Positions 39,158 through 53,487 of a stretch of 64,000 bases of DNA are shown here, one piece after another. This stretch comes from Octopus vulgaris (taxonomy: Eukaryota): assembly GCA_951406725.2 (NCBI GenBank), contig OX597821.1, positions 12,214,001 to 12,278,000 of the forward strand, in the 5' to 3' direction. The number at the start of each line of letters is the position of its first letter. Positions within the stretch are counted from its first letter, which is position 1. The notes beneath the pieces are model-generated. The model made no database searches and had not been told where the DNA came from. It worked only from the letters and a program-made list of their open reading frames with translations. The translations under genes were made by a program, and so were the position numbers.

Positions 39158-41098
39158 AATGTCCGTAATGAAAAATATTCGGGATGAAACCTTCTCTTCT
39201 TGCATGCAACATTTCATGCTCCGAAACCATGAACAATGCCACGATGTGCACACCATACATTTTTGCCGACATCACTGATAGCCTTTTAAAGGTTTTCTTA
39301 ACACAACATTATCCTTATTTGGAGTACAGTAAAAATGCTACCCTTAAATTTTGCCTGAGATTGATTCGGAAAGAGTGAATGAATGTTTTGAAAGCCTTCT
39401 CCATCATGACCTAAGGGCTAACATTTTTATGTGAAGTGAAGGTAACAAATATTTTGGCAGGTTCTACAAGATGTTCTCTTATAATATTCTGCTTTCCCCG
39501 CTGCATGTCATTTCGTTGAGGGCACTCAACCTTCCATTAACTTTCATAAACACCTCCACTGCCCCATAGCCAAAGATAGCACGAATTTCTTTTGTATATG
39601 CACCCTGCAACGCAAGCAAGAAGGTAAGTATCTCAAAAGGACCCAAAACACCCCACATGTAGTACGTATAATTTTGTATCTGAAGAAAGTTTTGACATTT
39701 TCATATTCTTCCTCCATCTGTATAGAGTATGCGTTAGGCAGTGAGGTATACTACTTTGAAGCTTCTGGCTGAGCTCTCAATAAAAACTCACCGATCATCT
39801 AGATCATGCTGTATTCCAATAGCTGCAAACAAGCCATTTACATATTTGCAGAAACAGACATCTTCACGAATATCAAAGCATCCTTCGAATTCCCCAAGCC
39901 GTTTCACGTACAATGATGATTTGTGGTTCTCCTCCAATAAATTCAATTCCTTCAGCCTGGATGCTAATAGTTCAGCTCTCTGACTTTGTGAGGCTTACGA
40001 GACTGGTGAGATCATCCAGTTCATATTGACTTTGGAAGCCTGGGCTGGCAGTCATTCTTGGCTCGGTCACTTCATCCACTTTTTGCATGTGGCTACCTTC
40101 GAATTACCCTGATGACACCGCCATAGCATCTTCTACATGACAAGATAAAATAATTGCATATAATAGCTTAATCCATAGTACGAGATTTATCCGTAAACAA
40201 GACATTAAAAGAAAAGTGAGATAAATGTTTTTTATCCATTGCTTTTTGATTACTTTTTTAGCAAATGAAATTTAAATTCAATTTAAACATTGCAATGGGA
40301 TTATTTTATATTTCCTGGTAGTTGTGGTACTACTAACTTGTCATCTTCTGGAACGGGTGCAATAGAGGAAGATGTTCTGGGATGCTAAAATATTTGTCTT
40401 CCTTTAACTTTCCTGAACTGCTGCATCAACCATGCCAGAATAGCAACTATCAAGATTTGGCACTCACCATACTTTTCAAATAGAAAAAGACATATCCCTT
40501 TTGTAACCTCTCAACTATCCTTCTAAATTAGACTGCCAGCTTCACATATTACACGGGGGCCCAAGGCTTAGTTTGGTCATCCAAATCAAAGTCTGTAACC
40601 GTTCCAGTATTTGGCATCTTTCACAACTTTATGTGATAAAATGCTTTGTTCCAACATAGTATCACATCATAAATAATCTGATGAATTTTTGCATCCTCTA
40701 GTAACCATGGTGAAGAGAATTTAGAATAATGTTCGCAATACATAGCTTAAAGAGAAAAGAGAAAATTACTAATATCAGATCAATATACACCTTAAGGGAC
40801 AGTCCTACTACACCAGAAAGAAGTCCATCAAATTTATGATACTAAAATGAAATTGGTGTACCTGCAGTGTACCATGGAAAGAGGAGTACCTTATCACTCA
40901 TAATCCATTAGAGGTTTACATTAAACTAAAATCCACAATTTACTTTAGCTGACCCAAATTTTAGGTACGTTTGAGCAGTTCCTCCTTCCTCTAATCATAA
41001 AATTTAGCAATGGTCGATGGTAGAGAGTACAAATTTGCATAATAAGCACTAAAAAGGTTAAGATAAACAAAACTTTGACAAAATTTTGTGACATAGTG
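39158..41098 (-). mobile_element. Chapaev3-type (CMC superfamily) DNA transposon with degenerate transposase
   Basis: Minus-strand pieces in the expected order: DDQTKPWAP, SSIAPVP, QRAELLASRLKELNLL, VCFCKYVNGLFAAIGIQHD, FIESSARSFKVV, MEEEYENVK, LLALQGAYTK, FPNQSQAKFKGSIFTVLQIR. Putative 5' terminus CACTATG at 41098. Confidence 0.82.
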
Positions 41099-41724
41099 TA
41101 ATTTGTCAAAGATAACAGAAAACCCGTTTGGTTATAAGATATGAGAAAGCAATTACAGTATGATTGGTTTCAAAGATGTGAGCAGTTCCAAAGTCTGAAT
41201 TGTACAATAAACGATATTATAGAACACATTAACACATTTGCTGTAACAGCAGTGGTATATTCTGATGTATTGGATTCCAAAGCTACAATAATCACGCGTA
41301 ATAATTCGCAAAACTAGCAGCCTTTGAAAAAAAAGAAACTAAAATAAAAAGCGAAAAAATCATTATATTATAGACAGCAGTCCTGTTGTTCATCGATTAT
41401 ACATTGCAGACCTTAAACTGGTAGGAAAATTATTGATTACCAAACAACAGTTTAAGAAGCAAACTGTTGGTGTTGAATATTGTAGACCAATTACACTTAA
41501 AAGCCAGCTACTTTTTAGAGTTTGACGACATGGCAGTATCGAGATATATTAACCGTGGGTGCAGTAGGAAAATAACGGCATAAATGCAGCTTTGTCATCT
41601 GAGATAGAATGATAAAAAACAGTGGTACATTAATGAGGCTAATAATAAAATCAACAGCAAAAACAAGGACGATGACAACAACAAAAACAACGAAAACAAC
41701 AACAACAATAATAATAATAATAAA

Positions 41725-41932
41725 TGCCCTGAAGCAATACCAGGCCCTGGCGCTGATGGTTTCTGATCTTAACTGTACATGATTTGTCTTGGCATAAAAC
41801 ATGTCTGCAGCAAATATGCTACTCCATACCACAGATGTGCTTTTCAGTTGTTTGACCTTAACCAGTTAAGTATCTCCCTTAGTGGCTGACAATATGTGCA
41901 TCTCTTATCACGAAGAGAAGTAATGGGGGATC
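41725..41932 (+). mobile_element. Family E repeat, 5' portion, between AAT runs
   Basis: gccctgaagcaataccaggccctggcgctgatggtttctgatcttaactg... is homologous to the 23364 and 58422 copies. Confidence 0.78.
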
Positions 41933-41947
41933 ATAATAATAATAATA

Positions 41948-41990
<43 letters not shown>

Positions 41991-41993
<3 letters not shown>

Positions 41994-42167
41994 GGAGGAG
42001 TTGGTGTGTGGTAAGTAGTATGCTTACCAACCACATGGTTCCGGGTTCAGTCCCACTGCGTGGCAACTTGGGCAAGTGTCTTCTACTATAGCCTCGGGCC
42101 GACCGAAGCCTTGTGAGTGGATTTGGTAGACGGAAACTGAAAGAAGCTTGTCGTATATATATGTATA

Positions 42168-42250
<83 letters not shown>

Positions 42251-42390
42251 GTGTCTGTGTTAGGCAAAAGAGACCGATAGAATAAATACTAGGCTTCCAA
42301 AGAATAAATCCTGGGGTTGATTTGCTCGACTAAAGGCGTTGCACCGGCATGGCCGCAGTCAAATGACTGACACAAGTAAAAGAGTAAAAT
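41991..42390 (+). mobile_element. SINE family A with central (TA)n and internal deletion
   Basis: Matches 51110-51510 but lacks the segment ccccctagcattgcttgacaacc...gcggttc. Confidence 0.9.
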
Positions 42391-42956
42391 AGTATATATA
42401 TATATATATATACGTTTGCTTCGTAATGCATTATACTAACATACACAGAAATATATATTTGTATATAAAGTTTTGCCAAATTCAATAAAACCTATAGCTA
42501 TGTGCGTCAGTAACAGATTTACCATTCCCCAATAAAATGAGAAATCTGTGATTCAAATGATTAATGTAACCAAATGTCTTTGATATTATTGTTTATTGTA
42601 AATCCAAAATTCTTTTTGTGCGCCAATACTAGTCTTTCTAAGAATATTTGGTGCCATATGCAGCTAGCAAAATTGTTTCACATACAATGGAATGCAAAGT
42701 GTCGGTTTATCGATGATTAGAACCGTGTGGACTTCTTTTTTACGAAAATGTCGATGTAAAATTTCTCATGTGTCAGCGCAAATGTTATCAAATGACTATC
42801 GATAGTATCAAAGTTATTTAAGAGGATGTGTATCTCGATGGAGCAGTTCTAGCCAGGGGCATCCTGCATTTTAGAGGTGTATCTACTAAAAACAGGAACC
42901 TCTGTTGTATTTGAAATGATTGGTTGGGAATCGACAGGGAATTGATTGCTATTTAA

Positions 42957-43228
<272 letters not shown>

Positions 43229-44079
43229 TAGTAAATCAGCCAAGTAATATAATCTAGTTTTGTTGCTGCTGCCTCTGCTTCTGCTGGTGCTGCTGCTAAA
43301 ACTGCTGCTGCTGCTACTGCCGCTTCTAATACTACTGGTGGTGATACTTTTGCTCCAACCAATGAATATCATATTCTTGTTACATAGCTCAAAATACTTG
43401 GAAGTGGTATAATTAGTAAGGAAATCATCTTTCCAATCAAACGCGTTCGTTTTAAGAAAGAAAGAAGGAGGAAGATAATATTAATTTAGATACTTTGTCT
43501 CTTAAGAATTTACTGGAATGACTCTGACGGAAGCTTTACTCAAGCGCGCTATTAACGTTCAACTGGAGGGTCTAAACAAGAGCATTACCAAAGTTCACTA
43601 TTGATAGCATCATATGTTTAATGCAATTGTTTTCTATAACACTGCACCAACAGTTTTACATGCTCTGGAGCTTTTAATATGGGGCAAAAATTCAAGAAAT
43701 TGAGAACATACTAGCTTGTTAACATGCATCAGGTATTTCTTTGAAATAGTTTTTTTGCATGGGCAATATTCTATCAGTCATCAATTATAATCATGAGACA
43801 TGTTAAGAAGTGTATGCGTTACAGCAGGTGTTGCGTTTTCTTCAGCCTTTGCCAGATTCAGAAGTTTATTTAAGAACTCCCGTAAGTGATATTGGTTTCA
43901 TATTTTTAGTGTCCACTTTGTGTATGCATGTAAAATAATTTCTATGTTCAAAATAAACAACAGCCTGCCATGTTGTTTTTAAGATATAATGTTTTAGAAG
44001 CTATCAAAAATACAGGGCGCTGTAAAGGAAGTACACTATTGAAAGAAAGGACCTGGAAGTAGTAGTGGACACCTTTTCT

Positions 44080-44410
44080 GCTGCCGTAGTTTGGGTGCAG
44101 GGATCCGGACCTACTCTATGGGTTGAACGGCATGTGGTCCTGGATTTGTCAACCAGGGTGGTTGCTTTTCATTAAAATCAGGACAGACAGCTTTTTAATG
44201 GGTTGTACTTCCACAGGAGTACACTTAGCTTTTCTGCCCTCCGCGCTTTCTATGTAAATTAGATCAGGGATCTTATGGAAGTTTTCTATAATCAGCAGCA
44301 TTTCTACTCCAACACGGACCGCTGACCAATTTTCTTTCGAGCTCAATTGCAAATTCACAATATCGTCATAGTCATGCAGTATAATATTACACGAGGACAC
44401 TACTTCCTTC
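44080..44410 (-). mobile_element. Possible LINE ORF1 (Gag-like zinc knuckle) fragment
   Basis: Minus strand EGRKAKC, then after a frameshift SCGSTTH*KAVCP, reconstructs a CX2CX4HX4C knuckle. Confidence 0.4.
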
Positions 44411-44459
44411 TCCACCCTCAGTTTCCTTTTCAAGTGAAAGTTGCAGGAGTCACAGAGAG

Positions 44460-44750
44460 CTCTACAGAAGAGGAATGTAATTGTCCAATAATAATTGAGA
44501 CATAAAGTCAAAGGCAAAAATCATGAAAAGATGGAAAAGTAGGAGGGAACAACTGAAGAAGGATGTGTGAAAGTTGCCAAGGATGAAGGAAGTTTTAGCG
44601 ATTCCCGATGTGATCGGACCATCGAGATACATATCGAACAGTTGAAATAACTATGTAAATAAAATCGGTATTGATACAAGGTTAAATGCCATGTGGAAGA
44701 CAGATCTACTTGGTACAGCAAGGATTTTAAGGAGAGTCTTGTCTATCTAA
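44460..44750 (+). mobile_element. Dong/R4-clade LINE RLE C-terminal fragment
   Basis: MKEVLAIP...YVNKIGIDTRLNAMWKTDLLGTARILRRVLSI*. Confidence 0.75.
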
Positions 44751-44872
44751 CGCACAGAAAAGAAAGCAGTGGACGTTCGTCAACTTGATAGCTCTCGAGC
44801 TGAAATGGTCTGTTTAATATGTAAGCCTGAGATTTGTGAAAATGAAATGTAATACAATACTTAGCGATAGTA

Positions 44873-45438
44873 TTGGGTTGTCCGGAAATTTCGTACCGAT
44901 TTATAGTAGCTTACCTTTCGATTTATTTTAGAACAAGGATATGTCCATAAAATAGCATTTGACACGACCTCTATTTAGAGCACAGTTGAAGCTATCTTTT
45001 CTTGGAAGAAGGTTTATGTTCCTATAACATGTGTTAATTCTGTAACCCTTTAAAATGGGAGATAAGAAAATTCATTTTCGGCACTTGATGCTTTGGGAAC
45101 CAGACAAAAATTGCTGTAGCTCGGCTGGTATGTGTTACTCCACCCTCCATATTCACCAGATATTGCTCCTCCGGATTTCCACTTATTCAGGTCTCTGTAG
45201 AATAGTGTTATTGGTAAAAATTTCAATTCCTTGGATGACTTAAAAAGATACCTTGATGAATTCTTTGCCACGAAACCATCTCAATTCTAGGAAGATGGTA
45301 TTTTCAAGTGAAAGGAAAAATGGAGACGCATTGTGCAACAAAATGGTTCATATTTGGTTGATTAAAAATGTAATGGCAAGTATTTATCGACCTTTTTCTT
45401 TCCTTTAAATATCGGCACGAACTTTCCAGACAGCCCAA
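44873..45438 (+). mobile_element. Internally deleted mariner (MITE-like) with both TIRs and TA duplications
   Basis: TA-ttgggttgtccggaaatttcgtaccgat ... atcggcacgaactttccagacagcccaa-TA. MGDKKIHFRHLMLWE is fused to GWYVLLHPPYSPDIAPPDFHLFRSL...WRRIVQQNGSYLVD*. Confidence 0.93.
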
Positions 45439-46412
45439 TACAATGACGTAATGAAGTTCGTTATGTGAAACGTAGGGAAAGATATTCTATTTTTGATAAG
45501 ATGTTTATGATTTAAAAACATAAATTCATTTGAAAATATTGAATGCAAGATATTTGAACTTCCTGCAAGTAGAATGTAGATTTTGTCATATAATTTTAAG
45601 ATGGCATCATTTAAAACTTAAATTATCTTCGATGAAAATAAATCTTGTCTTCCTCTGCTAGACTATTGATTGGACTTGGTTTCCTGCATTCAATATGTTA
45701 ATACTGCACAACTATAGCAGTATTGATAACGCATTTATTTTGATAGATATAGGAATCTTCGGTCCTTGACCCATGTAATCTATAATAACTTCGATGGTAA
45801 CGGCATGTCATGTAGTAAAATCAACATTATTATTTAAGTTACTAGAAAGCAGTCACACATGGAAAAATATCGTATAACGTAAGAGGAGGGAACAGACAGA
45901 GATCCGTATTCTAAGGTGAATAGGAAATCTATGCTGGACATGAAAGGACGTGAAAACAATGCGAAACGAGGTAAGAAATAAGCGTAGGCACTCGAAAGGA
46001 GAACGATATACTTCAGTAGTGATAAAATATATCTATTAAATTTCAGTGTCACTACATTCTCAATTGTATTAAAATATCAATGGTTATGGACACTAATTAT
46101 TTTATTATTAGATCTATAGTAATTAGGATTAATGAAAGAAAGGAAAACGAGATGCTGGTGAATTTAAGCCTTCCGCAAATTTTGTAATTTGTTAATATTG
46201 ACGATCTCACATCAATCTCACATCAAAGCATTTTAGGCAAGCGTTTCTATCGATAATTTCGGATCGGTGGAAGTCATTGAAATGAAATTCAGTAGCCTAT
46301 AACTGTCCTGATAATTCTCCTACACACACACACACACACACACACATACACACACACAGACACACACACACACATTGATTGTTGATGCATACTTACTCAC
46401 AAATATATCTGT

Positions 46413-46641
46413 TTCTTTACTACCCACAAGGGGCTAAACACAGAGGAGACAAACAAGGACAGACAAACGGATTAAGTCGATTATATCGACCCCAGTGTGT
46501 GATTGGTACTTAATTTATCGACTCCGAAAGGATTAATGGCAAAGTCGACCTCGGCAGAATTTGAACTCAGAACGTAACAGCAGCCGAAATACCGCTAAGC
46601 ATTCCGGCTGGCGAGCTAACGATTCTGCCAGCTCGCCGCCT
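46413..46641 (-). mobile_element. SINE family B, full length, with 10-bp TSD
   Basis: Reverse complement of the 16089-type unit. TSD atatatctgt at 46403-46412 and 46642-46651. Confidence 0.92.
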
Positions 46642-47289
46642 ATATATCTGTGTACGTATATCTGTCCATAAGCCGAGAAGGTCTTAATATCTGAATGAAT
46701 ATGGTTCGCAAATTACGATAAGAGAAACGTTAAATGAAGTTAGTAACCTTCTATCTTCTTACAATTCACCACCAAAACATTCTGCCGACGACATTACATG
46801 AGTCAATACTGATGTCGCAAAATGATCGCAGGGCTTATTATATATCAGATATCTTAGGTACCGAGAAATGAATAGTAAAGGTACGACTAAAACAACTCTG
46901 AACCGGTTTAAAACAACATCAACAACTAAAAGATTACTACAAAGCTTGTTGCAAAATAGTAAAATAAAGAATAAGGGTTATAATAAATTCATAAACAGAT
47001 CAAATGAGATATAACGAGGAATGATATTTGATGTCATGAATCAAATGATTAGGTGCGCCATGTAAAGAGCTTATTAATAGTGTGGCTCCTTTAGTTGTTG
47101 TTGTTGTTGTTGTTGTTGTTATCATCATCATCGCCATTCTTATGATTGCTGTGAGTTTACTATTATAATTATTATCATATTTTATATTATTTTCATATTT
47201 CAAATTGCATTACCATATTATATTCTTTCATTTGCGCAGCGATGATTTTTAACATTATATCGTTTTACTTACGTTATGTAACTTTAGAT

Positions 47290-47760
47290 AGACATTAGGT
47301 ACTTCAGGACATTTGCTGCTCTCAAAAGTGTTGTCTTTTACAATATCGTAATTCTGGGACAGATTCTAACTACGTCGAGGTGTTTCTAATTGATTTTCAC
47401 CTCCAACCCAATTGCTGCAGTCACAGTTGCTACCACTATAACATCCATCTTCCACATTCAGTTGAATCTCTTCTCAAGTCCGCATATTTTATGAAATTTT
47501 TGTTTTCATTGTTATTGATGTAATGATCTCTTGGGCAAGTGTTGACTAACACACACCTTCTTAGAGTACCTTCTTTCCCTAAAGTTATGCCTTATCTAGC
47601 ATGAACAAGAACTCTATCAGCCTGAATTGTGAAATCCCAGAAGATATTTGCAGTCTGATTTTCTAGGGCCTTGGTTTGGTATGAACGGTTACCAGTTCCT
47701 AGTGGTTGGAAAGCAATATTTCTTGCATAATGAACAGTGGCAGTCTAAACAAACTTTATA
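47290..47760 (-). mobile_element. Old Dong/R4-clade LINE RLE fragment
   Basis: Minus pieces LCKKYCFPTTRNW, ALENQTANIFWDFTIQADRV, IKYADLRR, MWKMDV, KTTLLRAANVLKYL. Confidence 0.7.
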
Positions 47761-49679
47761 GTGTATCCTATTTTTCCTTCCCTCCGGTACTGATGAAGAA
47801 TGTCACACGTTTATCCTTCCTCCCGCATAACGTCCACTTATTTCTTTCATCTTGTTTATTCATATCCCTTTACAGGTTTGTGCTTAGTGCTTGATCCTGA
47901 TTGTTGCTCTTGTTCATATTCCGTTGAGGTCGACTTTACACTTCATTATTTCCGGCTGGAGTACATATTTCGATGAACAGGTGAGTACTTGGTTTGATGT
48001 AATCGACTCATTCCTCATCATAAAATTTCAAGCCTTGTTCCTACAGAAGAAGGATTTATTATTATCGTTGTTGTTATGGCTGTCGTTGTAGTTGCCACTT
48101 TTTCTCTAAAGAGTTCAGTTGATATATCTAGAAAAACCTATAATATCACCACCATGAAATTGAATATGACTGTCTTAGTCCTAATATAATGGCTACATAA
48201 AACAGATGAATTAATTATTGACTATGTAGAAATGGAAAGTCACTCATACGCACGCTCTTACAAGCATATGCTAACAGGAGGCATTTTCTGTTCTTGGGTG
48301 TTGATTTTAATTTTCACTGCTTCCATACTCTGTGCTTTCATTCAGTTCACTCTGTTGGAAGAAGAAAAGGCAGAGTTTTTGATCAAAGGATTCATTCATC
48401 CCTTTCTCTCTTGCCTACATGAAAACTTTGAAAAAATATCATGGACACTACTTTTACTTCTCTGACTGAGACAGTAATGAGAAAAAGAAAGACATCACCC
48501 CGCCTACATTTCTTCATCAATATAATATTATCAATTTAAATGTCTGCTGCAATGATGTCATCATTCATTAGCTTTAGTTGAAGGTACCTATTGTGGTAGC
48601 ATCAAATATATAACAATATTATCGTTAACCTTAGCTATGACAAAACGAACTTTATCAGCGTTATTAACATTACAACCAGCGATAAAATCAATGACAACAT
48701 AAAAATATTTTTCCAACCACAATGAAGCAAAGAAAAAAATACCAACATCAATGACAAAACAAAACAAAATTTGGCATCATCAACAAAAACATTATTAGGA
48801 TGAAAAAATTATATAAAATAAACGACAGAATATACGACAAAAACTAAAGATATAAATATAATAATGTAATCTATAAAACTATTTTCAACTGAAATAATAA
48901 AAATACAATATATGTAAGAAAAATCTATACTAATATAACTATAAACAAATATAAACCACGGCAGCAGAACTAGCTGTAACCCTAACTCTTAGATTGATTA
49001 TACACAGCATATAACGATATAGTATAATATTATCAACAAAGACAATATTATCAACAAAGGCAACAACAATATAACAAGCTAACATACACATATCAACATA
49101 AACAACAAAATTTATAGACGGAACGGCAATAGCATAATAACATAAACAGCAAATGTATTACAAAAGAAAATAATAACAAAAATGTATTAATATAAACTAT
49201 AAAAATTTTATCAAAATATACAAGAAATATTTAACAAGAGAAACGAAAGCAATAAAAAAAATATATATTTTGGTAGAGACAACAAGAATATGCATATAAT
49301 AACATAAAACACAAATCAACGATTTCTAAAACAGCAACAACAACAACAGCAACAGCTACCACAACAACAGCAGCGATATTCACAAGAACCTTGTGAGTAA
49401 TACTCAGCAGGAAATTAGATAGAATTATTCGAAAGAAAAAAATGGTACACAAAACATTCCAAAGTATTCTATTACAGATGTTTTCACAATAAACATGGAA
49501 ACGTTTTCAATCATGCTTCAATAGGAAATTCTTTCCTGGAAAGGTTGGGAAAGATAGAAATAGAGAAAGAGAGAGGGTGGTGGGGAGAGGGACTGTAGCA
49601 ATTACTGAAATAAAATGGAGATTAAAATAAATTAAACGTAAAATATAATAAAATTGCTAGATTAACAAAAACAGAACAA

Positions 49680-49980
49680 TAATAATAATAACAACGACGA
49701 CGACGGTAATACAAATGTTGATGACGATGATGATGTAGGTGAGGATAATACAATCATTATTATTATTATTGTTGTTGTTGTTGTTGTTGTTGTCGATAAT
49801 GTTAATGGTTATGATGACAATTATGATGATGATGATGATATTATGATGATGATGATATGATGATGATGATGATGATGATAATTATGATGATGATGACAAT
49901 GATGATGATTATAATAATGATGATGATGATGATGATGATGATGACTATGATGATGATTTATAATGAAGATGATGTTTTAT
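49680..49980. repeat. (GAT)n/(GTT)n/(ATT)n compound microsatellite
   Basis: Read directly from sequence. Confidence 0.9.
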
Positions 49981-50490
49981 AATGAAAAATACAGAAAAAG
50001 TTTCAACGGAAAAAAAAGTTTCATATTTTTCTTTAATTCCGGGTATTTTGTTAAAATGATTGGAATTCTAGTGATAGCGATGAGATTGCCAAATGCATGA
50101 AAGAGATAATGACGTTGATTGTTATTGTAATTAAATATATTTACAGTGGTATCTTGATTGTATCAATAGAGAATCGAACGATTGTATAGAGTTGCATTGA
50201 TATCAAATCCCACAGAACTCAATTACAATACTACACTCATAGTGACGTTAAATTGATCCACAAATTCCTTCACTTAGATTCCAAGTATCATACCTATTTT
50301 ACAAGCGATAGTTCTTACTTCTGCGCTGCGAGTTTAATGCTTTCGATTCGAGGTCGACTTAACTTTCGTTTCTTCCGTTGTGGTAAAATATTGAACTTAG
50401 CACTAATCGGGGTCTATTTCGTCGCCTGATATATCTCTCAAATTCTTGGATTGTGTTTGTGTTAATTTTGTTATAGTTAAATAATAATAT

Positions 50491-50802
50491 GAGGAGGCGC
50501 AATGGCCTAGAGGTCAGGGCAGCGGACTCGTGGTATCGATTCCCAGACCGAGTGTTGTGTGTGTTTATTGAGCGAAAACACCTAACGTTCCACGACGCTC
50601 CGGCAGGGGGTGGCAGCGACCCCTGTTGTACTCTTTCTCCACAACATTCTCTCACACTCTCTTCCTGTTTCTTGAGTAAGGCTGAGATGGACTGGCGTCC
50701 CATCCAGCTGCGGGGAACACATACGCCACAGAAACCGGGAAACTGGGTCCATTATCCTAGCTAGGCTTGAGAAGGCTGCATAAAGAATAAAAAGACAATA
50801 AA
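50491..50802 (+). mobile_element. tRNA-derived SINE family C, full length, with 14-bp TSD
   Basis: Head ggaggcgcaatggcctagagg; V-domain-like gatggactggcgtcccatccag. TSD ttaaataataatat at 50477-50490 and 50803-50816. Confidence 0.92.
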
Positions 50803-51109
50803 TTAAATAATAATATAAAATAGAAAAATATTTTTCACTATCTAAATGTACTTCAATGCCATGTTTGGAAACGAGCTACTTCCCGTTTGGTATATATTTC
50901 ACAAACATTAAGATTATACCTGAATTTACATAGATCTGTACTCAAAACCTACTACAGTGAAATTATATACCACATACCATTCAATCGATGTGATGTTAGT
51001 GTTTGTTTGTATGTGTTTTCTTTTTCTTCTTATCCCGTAATCCACCACGATCGTATTAAGCGACATTCGTCTTTTAGGTAGAGTAATATACAACGACATT
51101 ACCCATGTA

Positions 51110-51280
51110 GGCGCAGGAGTGGCTGTGTGGTAAGTAGCTTGCTAACCAACCACATGGTTCCGGGTTCAGTCCCACTGCGTGGCATCTTGGGCAAGTGTCT
51201 TCTGCTATAGCCTCGGGCCAACCAAAGCCTTGTGAGTGGATTTTGTTGACAGAAACTGAAAGAAGCCCGTCGTATATACG

Positions 51281-51311
<31 letters not shown>

Positions 51312-51510
51312 TTGTGTGTCTGTGTTTGTCCCCCTAGCATTGCTTGACAACCGATGCTGGTGTGTTTACGTCCCCGTAACTTAGCGGTTCGGCAAAAGAG
51401 ACCGATAGAATAAGTACTGGTCTTACAAAGAATAAGTCCCGGGGTCGATTTGCTTGACTAAAGGTGGTGCTCCAGCATGGCCGCAGTCAAATGACTGAAA
51501 CAAGTAAAAG
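51110..51510 (+). mobile_element. tRNA-derived SINE family A, full length, with internal (TA)n(TG)n
   Basis: A-box TGGCTGTGTGG, B-box-like GGTTCAGTCCC, body, and tail actgaaacaagtaaaag. Confidence 0.93.
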
Positions 51511-52355
51511 ATTAATTTCTACTGCCATAAAAAAAATGATTTGTCTTCTATTTTCAACTGATCGACCGACTACGATGAGGCACTCCACTCTTATTGTTCG
51601 CCATCCTGAATAAGGGAATGGAAGGATATAAAGAACTAGCAAAGCGGTAATGAAGACTAAACAAAAGAAGAAACTAATCGATAAATTCAGGAACATGGGA
51701 GTAAAATGTCAAGGGAAGATAACTTGCACATCAATAAGCTATAAATTTGACAACATTGAGTAACAATTCCCTAGATGCTTCAACGCATAGCTATAGATGA
51801 TATTGGATGTACTGATAATGGATTCGAAAATAGTAGAGGTGGGTAGGCGTACTAGTGGAGGATTTACATGTGGGAGTCGTTAGTAATTGTTGAATGAACT
51901 CAATATTAACTGATAGGGTGTATGGGAAGAGCTCTCTAAAAGAAGTTATTTTAAATATATATATATGTCCTGGTAATTATGAGTCATAGATACTGTCTAT
52001 TAGTTTTCTTTATTATATTTTGGGTCGTGGAGTTCAGAGAGCTGTGGGTTCCATTTGAATATGAATAATGTTGCAGTTTAGAATATTCGAATATGTTACA
52101 CTGGTGCTAGATGTAATGCATTGAAACAGGAGTAGATGTCCATAAAATAATGGACACACACACACACACACACACAGAGAAACACTCACAATCTCAAACA
52201 TAGACACGATTGCGCGCACACACGCACACATATGCGTGTAAATGTATATTTACATCTGTATAAAAGTTATACGTTTAATCTACACGCATAGAAGTATACC
52301 CATACACACACATATATATATATACACATAAACATAAATATATATTCATATTTTC

Positions 52356-52408
<53 letters not shown>

Positions 52409-52459
52409 GCTCTCTCTCTATATATATAAATTTGATACTCTCCTATATTAGAAAGAAAA

Positions 52460-52859
52460 ATTTCTGTATATCTAGGGAAATATTCTTGGTTCGTCTTGAT
52501 TACCTCCCTTCCATTACTTTTTAATATATATTATGGACTCCTGATATATTCTTTTAATTCGACTCATTAATAAAATAAATCAACATTTACTAACTAATTA
52601 TGATTGTATTTTAATGGAAATGGGGATATTTAAATATGAAATAATCACAAATAATTCTATATATCTAGAGAATTATTTAGTTCATCTTGATTATTTCCCT
52701 TCCATTATTATTTAATATATCTTATTGGCTCTTAATATATGTACTAAATTAATAATGTTTTTTCCACGGTTAGTATTATGTCTAACATTTTTTTTATAAT
52801 TCAAATCCTTAAAATAATCACCATTTACAAGCAAATTATGATTATATATTAATGGAAAT

Positions 52860-52861
<2 letters not shown>
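52460..52861. repeat. Diverged tandem duplication of a 170-205 bp unit
   Basis: ttct(g/a)tatatctag...gttc(g/a)tcttgatta..tcccttccatta...aattatgatt.ta..ttaatggaaatgg occurs at about 52462-52622 and 52655-52861. Confidence 0.8.
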
Positions 52862-52930
<69 letters not shown>

Positions 52931-53401
52931 GATTTCTATATTTTTCATCCCTATATTAGATATTGTCTAAAGTATATTTACTTAAATTTCTTAATATAGA
53001 ATCTGGATGTCAAATGGTAGTAGACATTAAAACCTCTAGTGCATTAATAGTCTATCTTCTCCTACCCCTCTAACTTCAACATACTAGCTTTTTGCTTAGT
53101 GCATTCAAATGTATCTGGACTGGGTTCCTCTGAATAGGAATAGATTTATTGGTTTTGACATTTGTTCTACCCATTCCTATATCTATAAATTCTTTGTCTC
53201 CATCCAACCAAAACTCCCCCTCCCTACTGATAGATCTAAATAAGAAAGTTAAAATCTACAGTCAGAGAATAGATTTAATACTATCATGTTCTTAAGAATG
53301 AATTCAAGCTCAGTGGCTGTATATCTACCCTCTTAATAATGTTGGCAAACGAAATAGGGATAAGAATGTGCATTGTCCGTTTGATTGGAAAATGTCTATA
53401 G

Positions 53402-53487
53402 GTGGCTGAAGATTGCTCGAAATTTTAAAAATGATGTAATGCTTACAGTGTTTAATAAAATGATGTAGGATGAAACGATCGTACCAC
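53402..53487 (+). ncRNA. Type-I hammerhead ribozyme motif with long, decayed stem II, in a Penelope-like pLTR ending at (TA)n near 53618
   Basis: gtgg [CTGAAGA] 59-nt AU-rich insert [GAAAC] gatc [GTA] ccac. Stem I gtgg/ccac, palindromic stem III ACGATCGT. The base of stem II pairs poorly. Confidence 0.65.

Noticed and set aside
48600-49400. Long A/AAC-rich strand-biased tract
   Set aside because: Looks like decayed low-complexity sequence with no discernible unit or ORF.
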